Program-made: the position numbers and the translations under genes
Assembly: GCA_050633205.1 (NCBI GenBank)
Contig: JBOEGA010000019.1
Span: 5,711 to 69,710, forward strand
Direction: 5' to 3'
Origin: Methyloligellaceae bacterium
GTDB lineage: Bacteria > Pseudomonadota > Alphaproteobacteria > Rhizobiales > CBDHHC01
DNA length: 64,000 nt
The notes under the pieces: model-generated
The model's database searches: none
Told to the model about the DNA's origin: nothing
The model's input: only the letters and a program-made list of their open reading frames with translations
Shown here: positions 21,024 to 30,226 of the stretch, in pieces
Layout of the letters: every line of letters starts with the position of its first letter
How positions within the stretch are numbered: position 1 is the first letter of the stretch

Positions 21024-22430
21024 ATGTCGGATATAAAACCGATTCATATTATTGGTGGCGGTCTGGCTGGGTCAGAAGCTGCATGGCAGGCCGCTCAAAT
21101 GGGCGTTCCCGTAATACTGCATGAAATGCGCCCCGTTCGCGAAACAGAGGCTCATCATACAGATGGCCTTGCTGAACTGGTTTGCTCTAACTCTTTTCGC
21201 TCTGATGACTGGGAGTATAATGCGGTAGGTTTGCTTCATGCAGAGATGCGTAAAGCAGGCTCCCTGATCATGAACAGCGGTGACAATAACAAACTGCCTG
21301 CCGGAGGCGCTCTGGCAGTTGATCGCGTTGCATTCTCAAATGAAGTTACGGAAAAGCTGAGTTCCCATGAGCTTATAACGATTGAACGGGAAGAAATCTC
21401 CGGATTACCGCCTGAAGAGTGGGATAGTGTTATTGTTGCAACCGGCCCTCTGACTTCTCCTGACTTAAGTAAGGCAATACAAGGCCTTACCGGAGAAGAT
21501 GAACTCGCATTTTTTGATGCAATTGCACCTATCATCAATAAGGAATCTATTGATTTTGATAAGGTCTGGTTTCAATCCCGCTATGATAAGCCCGGCCCTG
21601 GTGGTACAGGCGCAGATTATATAAACTGTGCCATGAACGAAGAAGAATATAATTGTTTTATTGATGCACTGCTTGCGGGAGATAAAACTGAATTTAAAGA
21701 CTGGGAAAAAGATACCCCTTATTTCGATGGTTGCCTGCCTATTGAAGTTATGGCTGAAAGGGGCAGGGAGACATTGCGGCATGGTCCTATGAAACCTGTC
21801 GGGCTGACAAATCCTCACCAGCCGGATGAAAAGCCTCATGCTATTGTGCAGTTGAGGCAGGATAATGCTCTTGGCACTTTGTGGAACATGGTTGGTTTTC
21901 AGACAAAGCTTAAATATGCTTTGCAGACAGATGTCTTCAGAATGATACCGGGGTTGGAAAAAGCGACTTTTGCAAGACTTGGCGGATTACACAGGAATAC
22001 ATTTCTGAACAGTCCGAAAGTTCTGGATAGATCTCTGCGCCTGAAGTCAGATCCGAGACTTCGTTTTGCTGGTCAGATTACTGGTGTTGAAGGGTACGTA
22101 GAATCTGCGGCTATCGGAATTCTTGCTGGCCGTTTTGCAGCGGCAGAAAGGTTGGGGCAACTTCTGGAGGCTCCTGGAGGAACAACAGCTCTTGGCGCTC
22201 TTGTGAACCATATTACTGGTGGCCACATTTCCGCAGATGTTGGTAAGCAGAGAAGTTTTCAGCCTATGAATATAAATTATGGGCTTCTACCACCTATTGA
22301 ATTGCCAAAGCCTGCGGATGGAAAAAGGTTGCGTGGTAAGGAAAAGGGCAGGGCAAGAAAAAGAGCTATGTCAGTACGTGCTCTCAATGATATTGAGCAG
22401 TGGCTTGGTATCAGGGAAGCTGCAGAATAA
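21024..22430 (+). CDS. trmFO: methylenetetrahydrofolate--tRNA-(uracil-54)-methyltransferase
   Basis: [56 protein letters not shown]. Confidence 0.96.
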   Translation: MSDIKPIHIIGGGLAGSEAAWQAAQMGVPVILHEMRPVRETEAHHTDGLAELVCSNSFRSDDWEYNAVGLLHAEMRKAGSLIMNSGDNNKLPAGGALAVDRVAFSNEVTEKLSSHELITIEREEISGLPPEEWDSVIVATGPLTSPDLSKAIQGLTGEDELAFFDAIAPIINKESIDFDKVWFQSRYDKPGPGGTGADYINCAMNEEEYNCFIDALLAGDKTEFKDWEKDTPYFDGCLPIEVMAERGRETLRHGPMKPVGLTNPHQPDEKPHAIVQLRQDNALGTLWNMVGFQTKLKYALQTDVFRMIPGLEKATFARLGGLHRNTFLNSPKVLDRSLRLKSDPRLRFAGQITGVEGYVESAAIGILAGRFAAAERLGQLLEAPGGTTALGALVNHITGGHISADVGKQRSFQPMNINYGLLPPIELPKPADGKRLRGKEKGRARKRAMSVRALNDIEQWLGIREAAE

Positions 22431-22615
22431 TAAAACTAAACTAAACTAAATCCTACATGATAAATATCTAAAAAAAATACTAAATATACCTCATTCATTA
22501 GAACGAAAGACTAGTAGCCCATAAGCTTATAATGATGTCAGAATTAAGCTCAATAAAAAATATCGGTTAAACTGGCCGAAATACTGACGTCTATAGCGTT
22601 TAATAAGGGAGAGAG

Positions 22616-22828
22616 ATGATGAAGGGTATTGGTATAATACTTATTTTGATTGGACTGGTTTCAATCGGGCTTAATTTATTTGATACAGGTTTCGACCTGA
22701 AGATCCTGTCGTGGGTCGATCAATGGGGCGCCAATATTGGCTGGGCCATACGGGGTGGCGTTCTTGTCCTTGGCATTTTGCTTTGGTTCATAGGACAAAG
22801 TTCATCAAGATCTGCAGGCAATGCTTAA
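22616..22828 (+). CDS. small two-TM membrane protein, hypothetical
   Basis: Strong SD (AAGGGAGAG), two hydrophobic helices with WVDQWG loop. Confidence 0.7.
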   Translation: MMKGIGIILILIGLVSIGLNLFDTGFDLKILSWVDQWGANIGWAIRGGVLVLGILLWFIGQSSSRSAGNA

Positions 22829-23034
22829 GTTGAAATCCGTAAATTTTACATAGTATTCTGAACACTTTTAGTTCACCTGTAAAATTCTAATTCATATGTA
22901 ACTCATTGTTGCATATTGCGGAAAAGTCTGAGATAAAGCTGCTATTGCGGCGAAAAACACTCTGCGTACTTCAACCTTTATGGGTAGAATGCGCGGGGTG
23001 TTTTAAATACGGCATAAGTCTCTGCCACTAACTT

Positions 23035-23376
23035 CTAGGCTAGAATTTCAAGAACTTTATCCTGGGTATCCTGTAAAGCGCTTACGACAGCAGCGTTGGA
23101 TTTGTATGCTGTTTCTGCTTCCTTCAAAGAGACCAGGCCCTCTGCGAGGGAAGGTTCCTGAGATATTGCGGTGGTATCGGTTGCCAAAGGAGGCTTTGGC
23201 AGTCCCTGTCCGCTTGTATTGGTGTCAGGACCCAAGTCAGTATTGCCTGAGTTTTCGGCAACACTCGTCGTTGTCTGATTAACTTCGGGGCTATCTGTAA
23301 TAGTTCTGGCAGCAGTCTGAAATTGCTGACTGGCGCTATTTAGACCCGATAATGCATTCTGTAATGCTTGTACCAT
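23035..23376 (-). CDS. flagellar basal-body rod/hook-like short protein (N- and C-terminal helices only)
   Basis: ALSGLNSASQQF N-terminus and SLAEGLVSLKEAETAYKSNAAVV...VLEILA C-terminus resemble rod/hook terminal motifs. Confidence 0.7.
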   Translation of the reverse strand: MVQALQNALSGLNSASQQFQTAARTITDSPEVNQTTTSVAENSGNTDLGPDTNTSGQGLPKPPLATDTTAISQEPSLAEGLVSLKEAETAYKSNAAVVSALQDTQDKVLEILA

Positions 23377-23433
23377 AGGATCACTATGGGCCTCATATAT
23401 AAATACCGAGTTAAAATTTGGTATAACAAGACT

Positions 23434-23931
23434 TTATGTATCTATGTTAATTGATTCTGCTAGCTTTTTAACTGCTTTGCGCTGTTGAAATCCATTAAGA
23501 AGTGCAAGAAGTCTGGTTAAGCAGGTTTTAAAAAATGTATCGACACCGCTAGCATACATGAGTGTTGTAATACGAGTTCCTCCTTTTTCTTCCTCAAAGC
23601 CGGTGATGCAGTACATTGCGCGCCAGGGAAGAAATGAACTGCCATTTTCTGTTGGCTTGCCTTTCTCCAGAATCTGATAAGTATATTCAAAAGTTACCTG
23701 AGCGTTTTCTACGATTTTCAGGAGCTCCATGGTGCAAATCACAACGATATCACCATGGTTTGTAGCAACATAATACTGCTTGCCAATTTGGTTTGGAGAG
23801 AGATCGTTAGTGGTTATGGTTGCTTTTGGAAAATAGTTATTTTCTTTCTGTAGACGCATCAGGTCAATCAGATGTGAGAAAGATTCGGGCACTGTTTTTT
23901 TTATATGATAGCTATATTCAAGGTACTTCAT
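23434..23931 (-). CDS. hypothetical protein (possibly SRPBCC/START-like fold)
   Basis: 165-aa ORF with FEEEKGGTRIT and an amphipathic C-terminal helix; fold guess is weak. Confidence 0.55.
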   Translation of the reverse strand: MKYLEYSYHIKKTVPESFSHLIDLMRLQKENNYFPKATITTNDLSPNQIGKQYYVATNHGDIVVICTMELLKIVENAQVTFEYTYQILEKGKPTENGSSFLPWRAMYCITGFEEEKGGTRITTLMYASGVDTFFKTCLTRLLALLNGFQQRKAVKKLAESINIDT

Positions 23932-24042
23932 CGAGATTGTATATTATTAGTTGTTTTACTCGCTGTACGCTCAGCGTTTTCCGGAAGCTGTATTTAGAGC
24001 AACCATTGAACATAATAATGTAACTGCTAACCAAGGCAAACT

Positions 24043-24459
24043 TCAGGCGGCAAGGTAAGTATTTGCATCTCTTTGAATTCGTTCGACCATTGAAAAGAGC
24101 CCATTAGAGCGCTGACTGGTCAGATGTTCTTTCAGTCCAAGCTTTTCCAGTGTTTCTTTTGCATCAATGGTGGCGATTTCTTTTGCGGGTTTATCCTGGT
24201 AAATTGACATTAATATTGCAATCAGGCCGCGAACAATAAGAGCATCGCTATCTCCGGTAAAGTGGAGGTTTCCATCAGTAATATCAGTTTTTATCCATAC
24301 CTGGCTGGCGCAGCCCTGGACCTTATTTTCTGAAGTTCGGTCATCTTCATCCAGTTCTGGCAGCATATTCCCCAGCTCTATTACGTATTTATACCGGTCT
24401 TCCCAATCATCAAGAATTTCAAAATCTGAAAGAAGTTCGTTCAGGCGGGGTATAGTCAT
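24043..24459 (-). CDS. sufE: SufE family Fe-S metabolism protein
   Basis: DDWEDRYKYVIELG, KVQGCASQVW, GDSDALIVRGL, HLTSQRSNGL; start at MTIPRL after GAGG. Confidence 0.92.
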   Translation of the reverse strand: MTIPRLNELLSDFEILDDWEDRYKYVIELGNMLPELDEDDRTSENKVQGCASQVWIKTDITDGNLHFTGDSDALIVRGLIAILMSIYQDKPAKEIATIDAKETLEKLGLKEHLTSQRSNGLFSMVERIQRDANTYLAA

Positions 24460-24529
24460 GAAAAGTTTTATCCTCGAATGCTGAAAATATTTAATACAGC
24501 ATCTTCTATCAACAGAGTATGGAATAATC

Positions 24530-24585
24530 AAAAAAAAGAACGCATATCGATAAAAGGAGGCTTCGATTCCTTTATCCATATGCGT
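24530..24585 (-). terminator. intrinsic terminator, possibly the 3' end of an sRNA
   Basis: Minus strand ACGCATATGGATAAAGGA...TCCTTTTATCGATATGCGT followed by TCTTTTTTTT. Confidence 0.7.
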
Positions 24586-24652
24586 ATAGTTGGGGGGCTA
24601 CGGGAGTATTAAAAGGTACTCACCGTTGCCGGGGGATTTTTATAGATATCGG

Positions 24653-25147
24653 TTATATTCTACCGTTTTTCGAGCTTTCCAGTGCAGGTTCTACCCATTC
24701 AGCAGCACGATCTGTCTGGCTTAGTGTATCCTGCGAAGCTTTTTGACTATACTGATATGAGACAGGCTTTTTATGCCTGAGAGGTTTATCCTGATAATTG
24801 TCCTCAGTCATATCTGTTTCATTTTCCTGTGTTTTGGTATTAACAGCTTGATTCATACCGTCATCGGGGTTATCTATTGCAGCCGTTTTAAGGTCCGAAC
24901 TGGTAAATACTCCATACACAGTGCTTCCAATATAATTTGCCTTATCCTTTAAGCTGAAGAAGGCATTTTGTGTGTGCTGACAGGTTTCCGGAGTGCGAGA
25001 GCAGAAATTGCCAAGATCCTGCATCGCCCCGGTTACAATTTTGTAGACTGAATATCTGTTCCCCTCGGAAGTCGGTATCAATGCCAGTATCAATACCATC
25101 CATAATGAAAGTTTAAGTATTGTCATTTTCATCTTTCCGCTCAACAT
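24653..25147 (-). CDS. DUF5330-like protein
   Basis: LKLSLWMVLILALIP, FCSRTPETC, SQDTLSQTD...W pattern; next to sufE as usual. Confidence 0.72.
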   Translation of the reverse strand: MLSGKMKMTILKLSLWMVLILALIPTSEGNRYSVYKIVTGAMQDLGNFCSRTPETCQHTQNAFFSLKDKANYIGSTVYGVFTSSDLKTAAIDNPDDGMNQAVNTKTQENETDMTEDNYQDKPLRHKKPVSYQYSQKASQDTLSQTDRAAEWVEPALESSKNGRI

Positions 25148-25707
25148 CCAATTCCCTATCCAGGGAAGGTTAGCAAAGAGGGCGTAATAAATAAAAAAAA
25201 GTGGGTGTGGTATTTGATGTATTTTATATGTAAATAATATTAGAATTGTTTCTTGTTTATATTTTAATTTGGTTCAATTTTTAAGTATTAACTCAAATGC
25301 TTTTAATTGAAGTTGGGGTTGTATATTCTGCTAATTCAATTTATTCATGAGATAAGCTGTTAATTTTTCATTCATAATGAATTATATATAAATCTATACA
25401 GATATTTTAGTGCTTATTAGTCATTGAGAGATGAATCGATGTTCCAGGATTGCCTGCCCCTCAGAAATTGAGTGTCAGGCAGGCGAGAGGGTTTTTGTGG
25501 ATATTGCTGAATGCGGTAGTTCTCATACCTGTATAACTGATATTTGGTAACGTTTTATTTTCCATTGGATCGGTAACACTTCAAAGTGCTGCACTATGTG
25601 CTGTAAAGGGTATCTGGATGAAACTGGTGATTGTGGTACTATATATTGAAATGGGCTTGTCCTGTTTTCTGTTAATTTGGAGTTGATTGTTGGAGCAGAT
25701 TGGGGCC

Positions 25708-26403
25708 ATGACATCCTTTCAGGCACGGCTTAATCTTCTGGTGTTTATACTTATAGCGGGGCTTATAGCGGCGAACGCACTGTATTTCCAGGAGCCTGCC
25801 CACTCATCAAAAAATCAGACTGCAAATATTGAAAAAATTCCGCCAGCCGGAAATAAAAGAAGCTCCATACGTATCATTCCAAGTAAGCCAGAAGATACAA
25901 CCCAGTCTATAAATAAAGAAGAGCCAGTTGAAAAAAAAGAAGAGGAGGATGAGGATTCTCCTGCAGCAACGGCCGAGCTAGTTAAAGCAATTCAGAGAGA
26001 ATTAATGGAAAAGAAATATTCTCCTGGTCACGTTGATGGTGCACCTGGTCTGGAGACACGAGCTGCAATACTAGCTTTTGAATATGACAGGGGACTTCCT
26101 TTGACAGCTTCTCCGAGCGAGGAAGTGTTAAGAAAAATTATATTTGATCACCCAGATAAAAAGAAAAAATCCGGTCCGAGGAAGAGCTCAACTCCGGCCA
26201 GTAGAAATGTGGTTCGAATAGTACAAAAGATGCTGCACAGCCTGGGTTATGCAGCGGGGAAGATTGATGGGTCAATAAGCAAGGATACGCAGTTGGCCAT
26301 TAAAGAGTTTGAAGTTAACAGACGAATGAAAGCAACAGGGCGGGTTTCAGGCAAACTTATTCAGGAACTTGTTAAAGTAACGGATATACCAACGGGTAGA
26401 TAG
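25708..26403 (+). CDS. peptidoglycan-binding domain protein (two PG_binding_1 repeats)
   Basis: NALYFQ after TM; IQREL...GHVDG..G.ETRAAILAFE and VQKML...GKIDG...DTQLAIKEFE. Confidence 0.82.
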   Translation: MTSFQARLNLLVFILIAGLIAANALYFQEPAHSSKNQTANIEKIPPAGNKRSSIRIIPSKPEDTTQSINKEEPVEKKEEEDEDSPAATAELVKAIQRELMEKKYSPGHVDGAPGLETRAAILAFEYDRGLPLTASPSEEVLRKIIFDHPDKKKKSGPRKSSTPASRNVVRIVQKMLHSLGYAAGKIDGSISKDTQLAIKEFEVNRRMKATGRVSGKLIQELVKVTDIPTGR

Positions 26404-26423
26404 TGTTTGGTGGATTAGGGCAT

Positions 26424-26771
26424 ATGCGAGTTAAGGCTGAGATTTGGGTTAAATCATATATACGTCGGTGTCACTATAATGGAGCCTATGCAATGGTTCT
26501 TCGCCGTGGTGACAGTGATGCAGGGGCAATATTTATCAAGATCAATACTCTGGATGGTCAGGCATTGTTGATGATGCCTGCTCCCGCAGGTTTCTCGGCG
26601 GCTGATACTGACAGAATGTGGATTGCCTATAATGACGGTCAGGCAAATTCTGAAGACGTAGTGGATAATTATATAGAAAAACAAAAGAAATCAGACCCAG
26701 ATATCTGGGTTGTGGAAGTAGAGGATAAGGATGGTCGAATGTTCTTGGAAGAAGAAACTATGTCTATCTAA
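26424..26771 (+). CDS. DUF1491 family protein
   Basis: MRVKAEIWV, RRGDSDAGAIFIK, DPDIWVVEVED. Confidence 0.85.
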   Translation: MRVKAEIWVKSYIRRCHYNGAYAMVLRRGDSDAGAIFIKINTLDGQALLMMPAPAGFSAADTDRMWIAYNDGQANSEDVVDNYIEKQKKSDPDIWVVEVEDKDGRMFLEEETMSI

Positions 26772-26926
26772 GTATTTTTTAAAAATAAATGCATCTATTT
26801 CTGTGAGTATTTATTTTTTTTAAAAGCAATTGTGGGAAGCTGACCGTATATTCAAGATTAAGATAAGATTCATGAATCGTTTTTCATAATCTTTACTTTA
26901 GTTGGGAAGTGCGGGGAGTGAGCGTT

Positions 26927-27127
26927 ATGGGAGCTGTTTTAAAGTTCCGCAGGGATAGCAAGAGTGTATCCCGTTTATTTAAGAAGAAGAAAAGAAAATA
27001 TGTCGGTGAAGGAGAAGAGCTGGGGCAAATTATAATTTTCCCGGGTATTCGAATTGAGCGACATTGTGATGACTATCTTACAGATGAAGAAGATGATCAT
27101 GATAGTGATACAAAAAATGCAGGTTAA
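26927..27127 (+). CDS. small hypothetical protein
   Basis: MGAVLKF...GQIIIFPGIRIER resembles small conserved Hyphomicrobiales proteins; GGGGAG SD. Confidence 0.65.
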   Translation: MGAVLKFRRDSKSVSRLFKKKKRKYVGEGEELGQIIIFPGIRIERHCDDYLTDEEDDHDSDTKNAG

Positions 27128-27216
27128 TGGATAGCCTGTATTATATCTGTAGTACCCCTTTGTAGCGTTTGAGTTTTACGTGTAGCGGATAAAATCCATG
27201 CAAAGATAAAGCGCGA

Positions 27217-28398
27217 ATGCAATACCTACAGCGATCTATAATCTCTGACTTGAAAACTATTCTGATTTTAATTGGAGTGGTTTTTCTGTCTTCCTGTGCT
27301 CAAAAGGGGGATTTTGGTCGTCCAGGTCAATCCAGATTCCAAGAGATTGCATCTGCTTATGCTCATGATTTTTTTCTGGGGCCGGTAACTGGCGCTATAG
27401 AGCCTAAATCCGGGCAGTATCCAGGTGCTCCATTCGGTTTGACCAAGCACGAAATTATTGTTCGGGATGCTGCTGTTCATTTTAACCTGCCACTTACTAA
27501 AATGCACAGACCTCCTGGAAAGGAACTTTCACCAACTGCTTATGCGGAATATATGACAAGTTCAGAATTCACGCATGGAAAATCTAGAACTACCTTTATT
27601 TCAGCGCAGATTAAGAGTGATTTCGTGTGGTTGAAAAGATTTATTGCATCTGCACGAAAAGTGAAAATTGATGATGGTGAGAGAGCTTACTACCTGCAAA
27701 CGCGAAAATTCGGAATTACAAATCAGGATCATCTGAGAACATACTCCAGGATTAAGGATAATGAGCTTATAGTATATGGCGTATTTAAAGATCTTGATGA
27801 TCGGGTTGCCAGTTATGCTTATGCTATTGACAGGACGCCTTTGGAAACCCCCGGTGCGTCGACTGAAGCTTTGAAGACAGCTTTGCAGACATTGCGTAAG
27901 GAGCTTGCTCTTGCTCGTGTGCAATATGACAAGCTGGCTCGAAGGATAGCCCGTTATCGCGTTAATTTTCCCAAGCACCGGAAGTATTTTGTAAAAAAGA
28001 AAGTTGGCCATTCAGAGTATTACATAGACGAGAATGGGGAGAGGAGAAAAAAGAGCAGGAACAACAACAACGACACTCATAATGTAAATATGAGAGTGCG
28101 CTCTGGTGGTGATGGTTCTGAGATGACTGATGGTCAGTTGTCCGGCAACTCATTTAGCACTACCTATCAGGAATATGATAGCCGTAAGGATAATCGCCGA
28201 GAGAAAATTCGTAGGAGTACTTTGAAGAATGTCTCGCCAAAGCTAATGAAGCTGCGTATGCCCCAGAAGGTCAGGTATAAAAAAGCAAAGCCAATCAGGC
28301 CTGTTAAAAAAAACGTGAAGAAGAGTATGCCGTTGCCTACCAAGAGGATGTTACAGGCAGATTCGTGGCCAATGGTGATTACTCCAGCGCAAAAATAA
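27217..28398 (+). CDS. hypothetical lipoprotein with basic low-complexity C-terminal tail
   Basis: Lipobox LSSC then GDFGRP; long ORF. Confidence 0.7.
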   Translation: MQYLQRSIISDLKTILILIGVVFLSSCAQKGDFGRPGQSRFQEIASAYAHDFFLGPVTGAIEPKSGQYPGAPFGLTKHEIIVRDAAVHFNLPLTKMHRPPGKELSPTAYAEYMTSSEFTHGKSRTTFISAQIKSDFVWLKRFIASARKVKIDDGERAYYLQTRKFGITNQDHLRTYSRIKDNELIVYGVFKDLDDRVASYAYAIDRTPLETPGASTEALKTALQTLRKELALARVQYDKLARRIARYRVNFPKHRKYFVKKKVGHSEYYIDENGERRKKSRNNNNDTHNVNMRVRSGGDGSEMTDGQLSGNSFSTTYQEYDSRKDNRREKIRRSTLKNVSPKLMKLRMPQKVRYKKAKPIRPVKKNVKKSMPLPTKRMLQADSWPMVITPAQK

Positions 28399-28693
28399 TC
28401 AGATTTTCCCTGATTTGGCATTTCCTGGGGTGAAATTTTCAATAATCATCACAAAGAGTTAGCTTTTAAGCCTATATCGCCAGTATTTGCAGAGGCTGAA
28501 CCCATTTCTGCCTTCTAAACTCCGTACCAACCAGGTTGTGAAGACAGGTTTAAAGGTGTTATACCAAATATATTGCAGGCAAGTTCCGGGAACGAAACCT
28601 GACAGGTATGGTATTTGTCATTTTGCTATGGCATACCAGTACAAGATATATAAAATAAGAAGATGCGGGACACCGGAAAAAGGGATTAAGGCA

Positions 28694-29149
28694 TTGAAAC
28701 ACATTCAGGCATTTTGGCTCATTTCCATAATTGCTACACTTTCTCTGGCTGCCTGCAGCAAGGGAACTGGTAGTCTAACAAGTGTTTTTGGTAGTAGCCG
28801 CAGTCAGCCTGTGAAGCAAACTCCAAAACTTGATCCATTAGCGAGACCAATTCAAGTGGCCTGGACAGCAGCCCGCGCACAGAGATGTGGTTTTTATTTT
28901 GATGCTAACCAGCTTAGATCTGCATTCCTGTCTTATGAGGCAGGGCAGGGTGCGAGCGGTCAGCAGATTAAAAAATACCAACAGGCTTATGATTTTACTT
29001 TGAAAACTGTTTCCAAAAAAGTGAAGGCTGACCCCAAATATTGTAAGAAAAAAAGAAGGGTTGAGGAAATCCGTGCTGACTTGCAACGGCATTTGCAAGG
29101 TGACTATACACCACGACCTAGGAAAAGAGCAGATACTGAAGATTCCTAA
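28694..29149 (+). CDS. hypothetical lipoprotein
   Basis: Lipobox LAAC; RPIQVAWTAARAQRCGFYFD; TTG start at 28694 inferred so that the signal peptide is N-terminal. Confidence 0.68.
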   Translation: MKHIQAFWLISIIATLSLAACSKGTGSLTSVFGSSRSQPVKQTPKLDPLARPIQVAWTAARAQRCGFYFDANQLRSAFLSYEAGQGASGQQIKKYQQAYDFTLKTVSKKVKADPKYCKKKRRVEEIRADLQRHLQGDYTPRPRKRADTEDS

Positions 29150-29163
29150 GAGGTGGAGCGTTA

Positions 29164-29727
29164 TTACCAGAACAGTGCGCCTTCATTCAGAAACTCCTGT
29201 TCTTCTTGCGTTGTAGTTCGGTTCAGAATGTTATTTCTATGCGGGAAGCGTCCGAATTTTTTAATAATGTCCCTGTGTAGTTTGGCAGACTCGAAAGAGG
29301 GTTTGCTTCCCAATTTTTCATAAAGCCTGACTGATTGTTCCTGATGTGCCAAATCTTCTGAGTGCTGAAGCGGCATATACAGGAATATGTTTTCGTTTTG
29401 ACCAAGTGCTTTATCAAAACCGTTCTCAATAGACTGAAAAGAAACAGCAAGAGCTTTAGCATCAGTTGCAAATGACCTTGCCTGGTTTCTGAAAATATTT
29501 CTTGGGAACTGGTCCAGAACTATAATTGCAGCAAGACTAACTTTTGGTGTTTCCAGCCAGGGTACGGGGACAGTTTCTTTGAGCTCTTCCAGTGTTGGCA
29601 GGAACCTGTTTCGAATAACATCATCCAGCTCATTGCTACGCCACCACTGATCTGGTGTTATTTCCTCAAACCAGAATTTTAAAACCGTTTCTGCTTCTTC
29701 AGGTAATGTTGGTTTTAAACGTTCCAT
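29164..29727 (-). CDS. DUF924 family protein
   Basis: VLKFWF, IIVLDQFPRNIFR, YMPLQHSE, FGRFPHRN. Confidence 0.9.
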   Translation of the reverse strand: MERLKPTLPEEAETVLKFWFEEITPDQWWRSNELDDVIRNRFLPTLEELKETVPVPWLETPKVSLAAIIVLDQFPRNIFRNQARSFATDAKALAVSFQSIENGFDKALGQNENIFLYMPLQHSEDLAHQEQSVRLYEKLGSKPSFESAKLHRDIIKKFGRFPHRNNILNRTTTQEEQEFLNEGALFW

Positions 29728-30226
29728 TCTATCCCCATTATGTTGTATTTTGGCTTCATATGAATAAGATTTATATATTGTCCCGATTACGCCGTTTTAT
29801 AACGCATAATATGAATGGATAATAATCAAGCTTGGGTTTCTATTATTATGCATTCATATAACTTGCGTTTTTTATGTAACAAGTTCTTTTATTTAATAAA
29901 TAAACAAAAGGCTGTATATTATTGTGAAACATCCCTTAATTAGTACTATTTCAGGCCCGATAAATACATTATCTTAAATGGGTACCATACTGGTTTAACT
30001 TCATGAGGATTAGAATCAGCATGTATATTTGGGGGTTGTAGATTGCATGGGGAGTGTATAAAAAAACACGTCCAAATGTCATCGTTCAAATAGATACCAT
30101 TCATTATATCATAACGCTGATCAAACTAGTTGCCATACCGACTTAGCCTGTGGCATATGCACAACAACGCCCTCAATCGCTAAATGAATTTTAGTTGATG
30201 TCGGGCAGACAAGCAGTAAGAAACTT

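Noticed and set aside
22431-22450. (TAAAC)n-like short tandem repeat after trmFO
   Set aside because: Only about four units in an AT-rich spacer; no sign of function
24460-24579. 40-aa N-terminal extension of SufE in the ORF track
   Set aside because: It runs through a terminator hairpin and U tract; the homologous region begins at Met 24459, which has its own SD
28487-28693. Long N-terminal extension of the 28487 ORF
   Set aside because: It would bury the lipoprotein signal peptide; the downstream TTG start fits better
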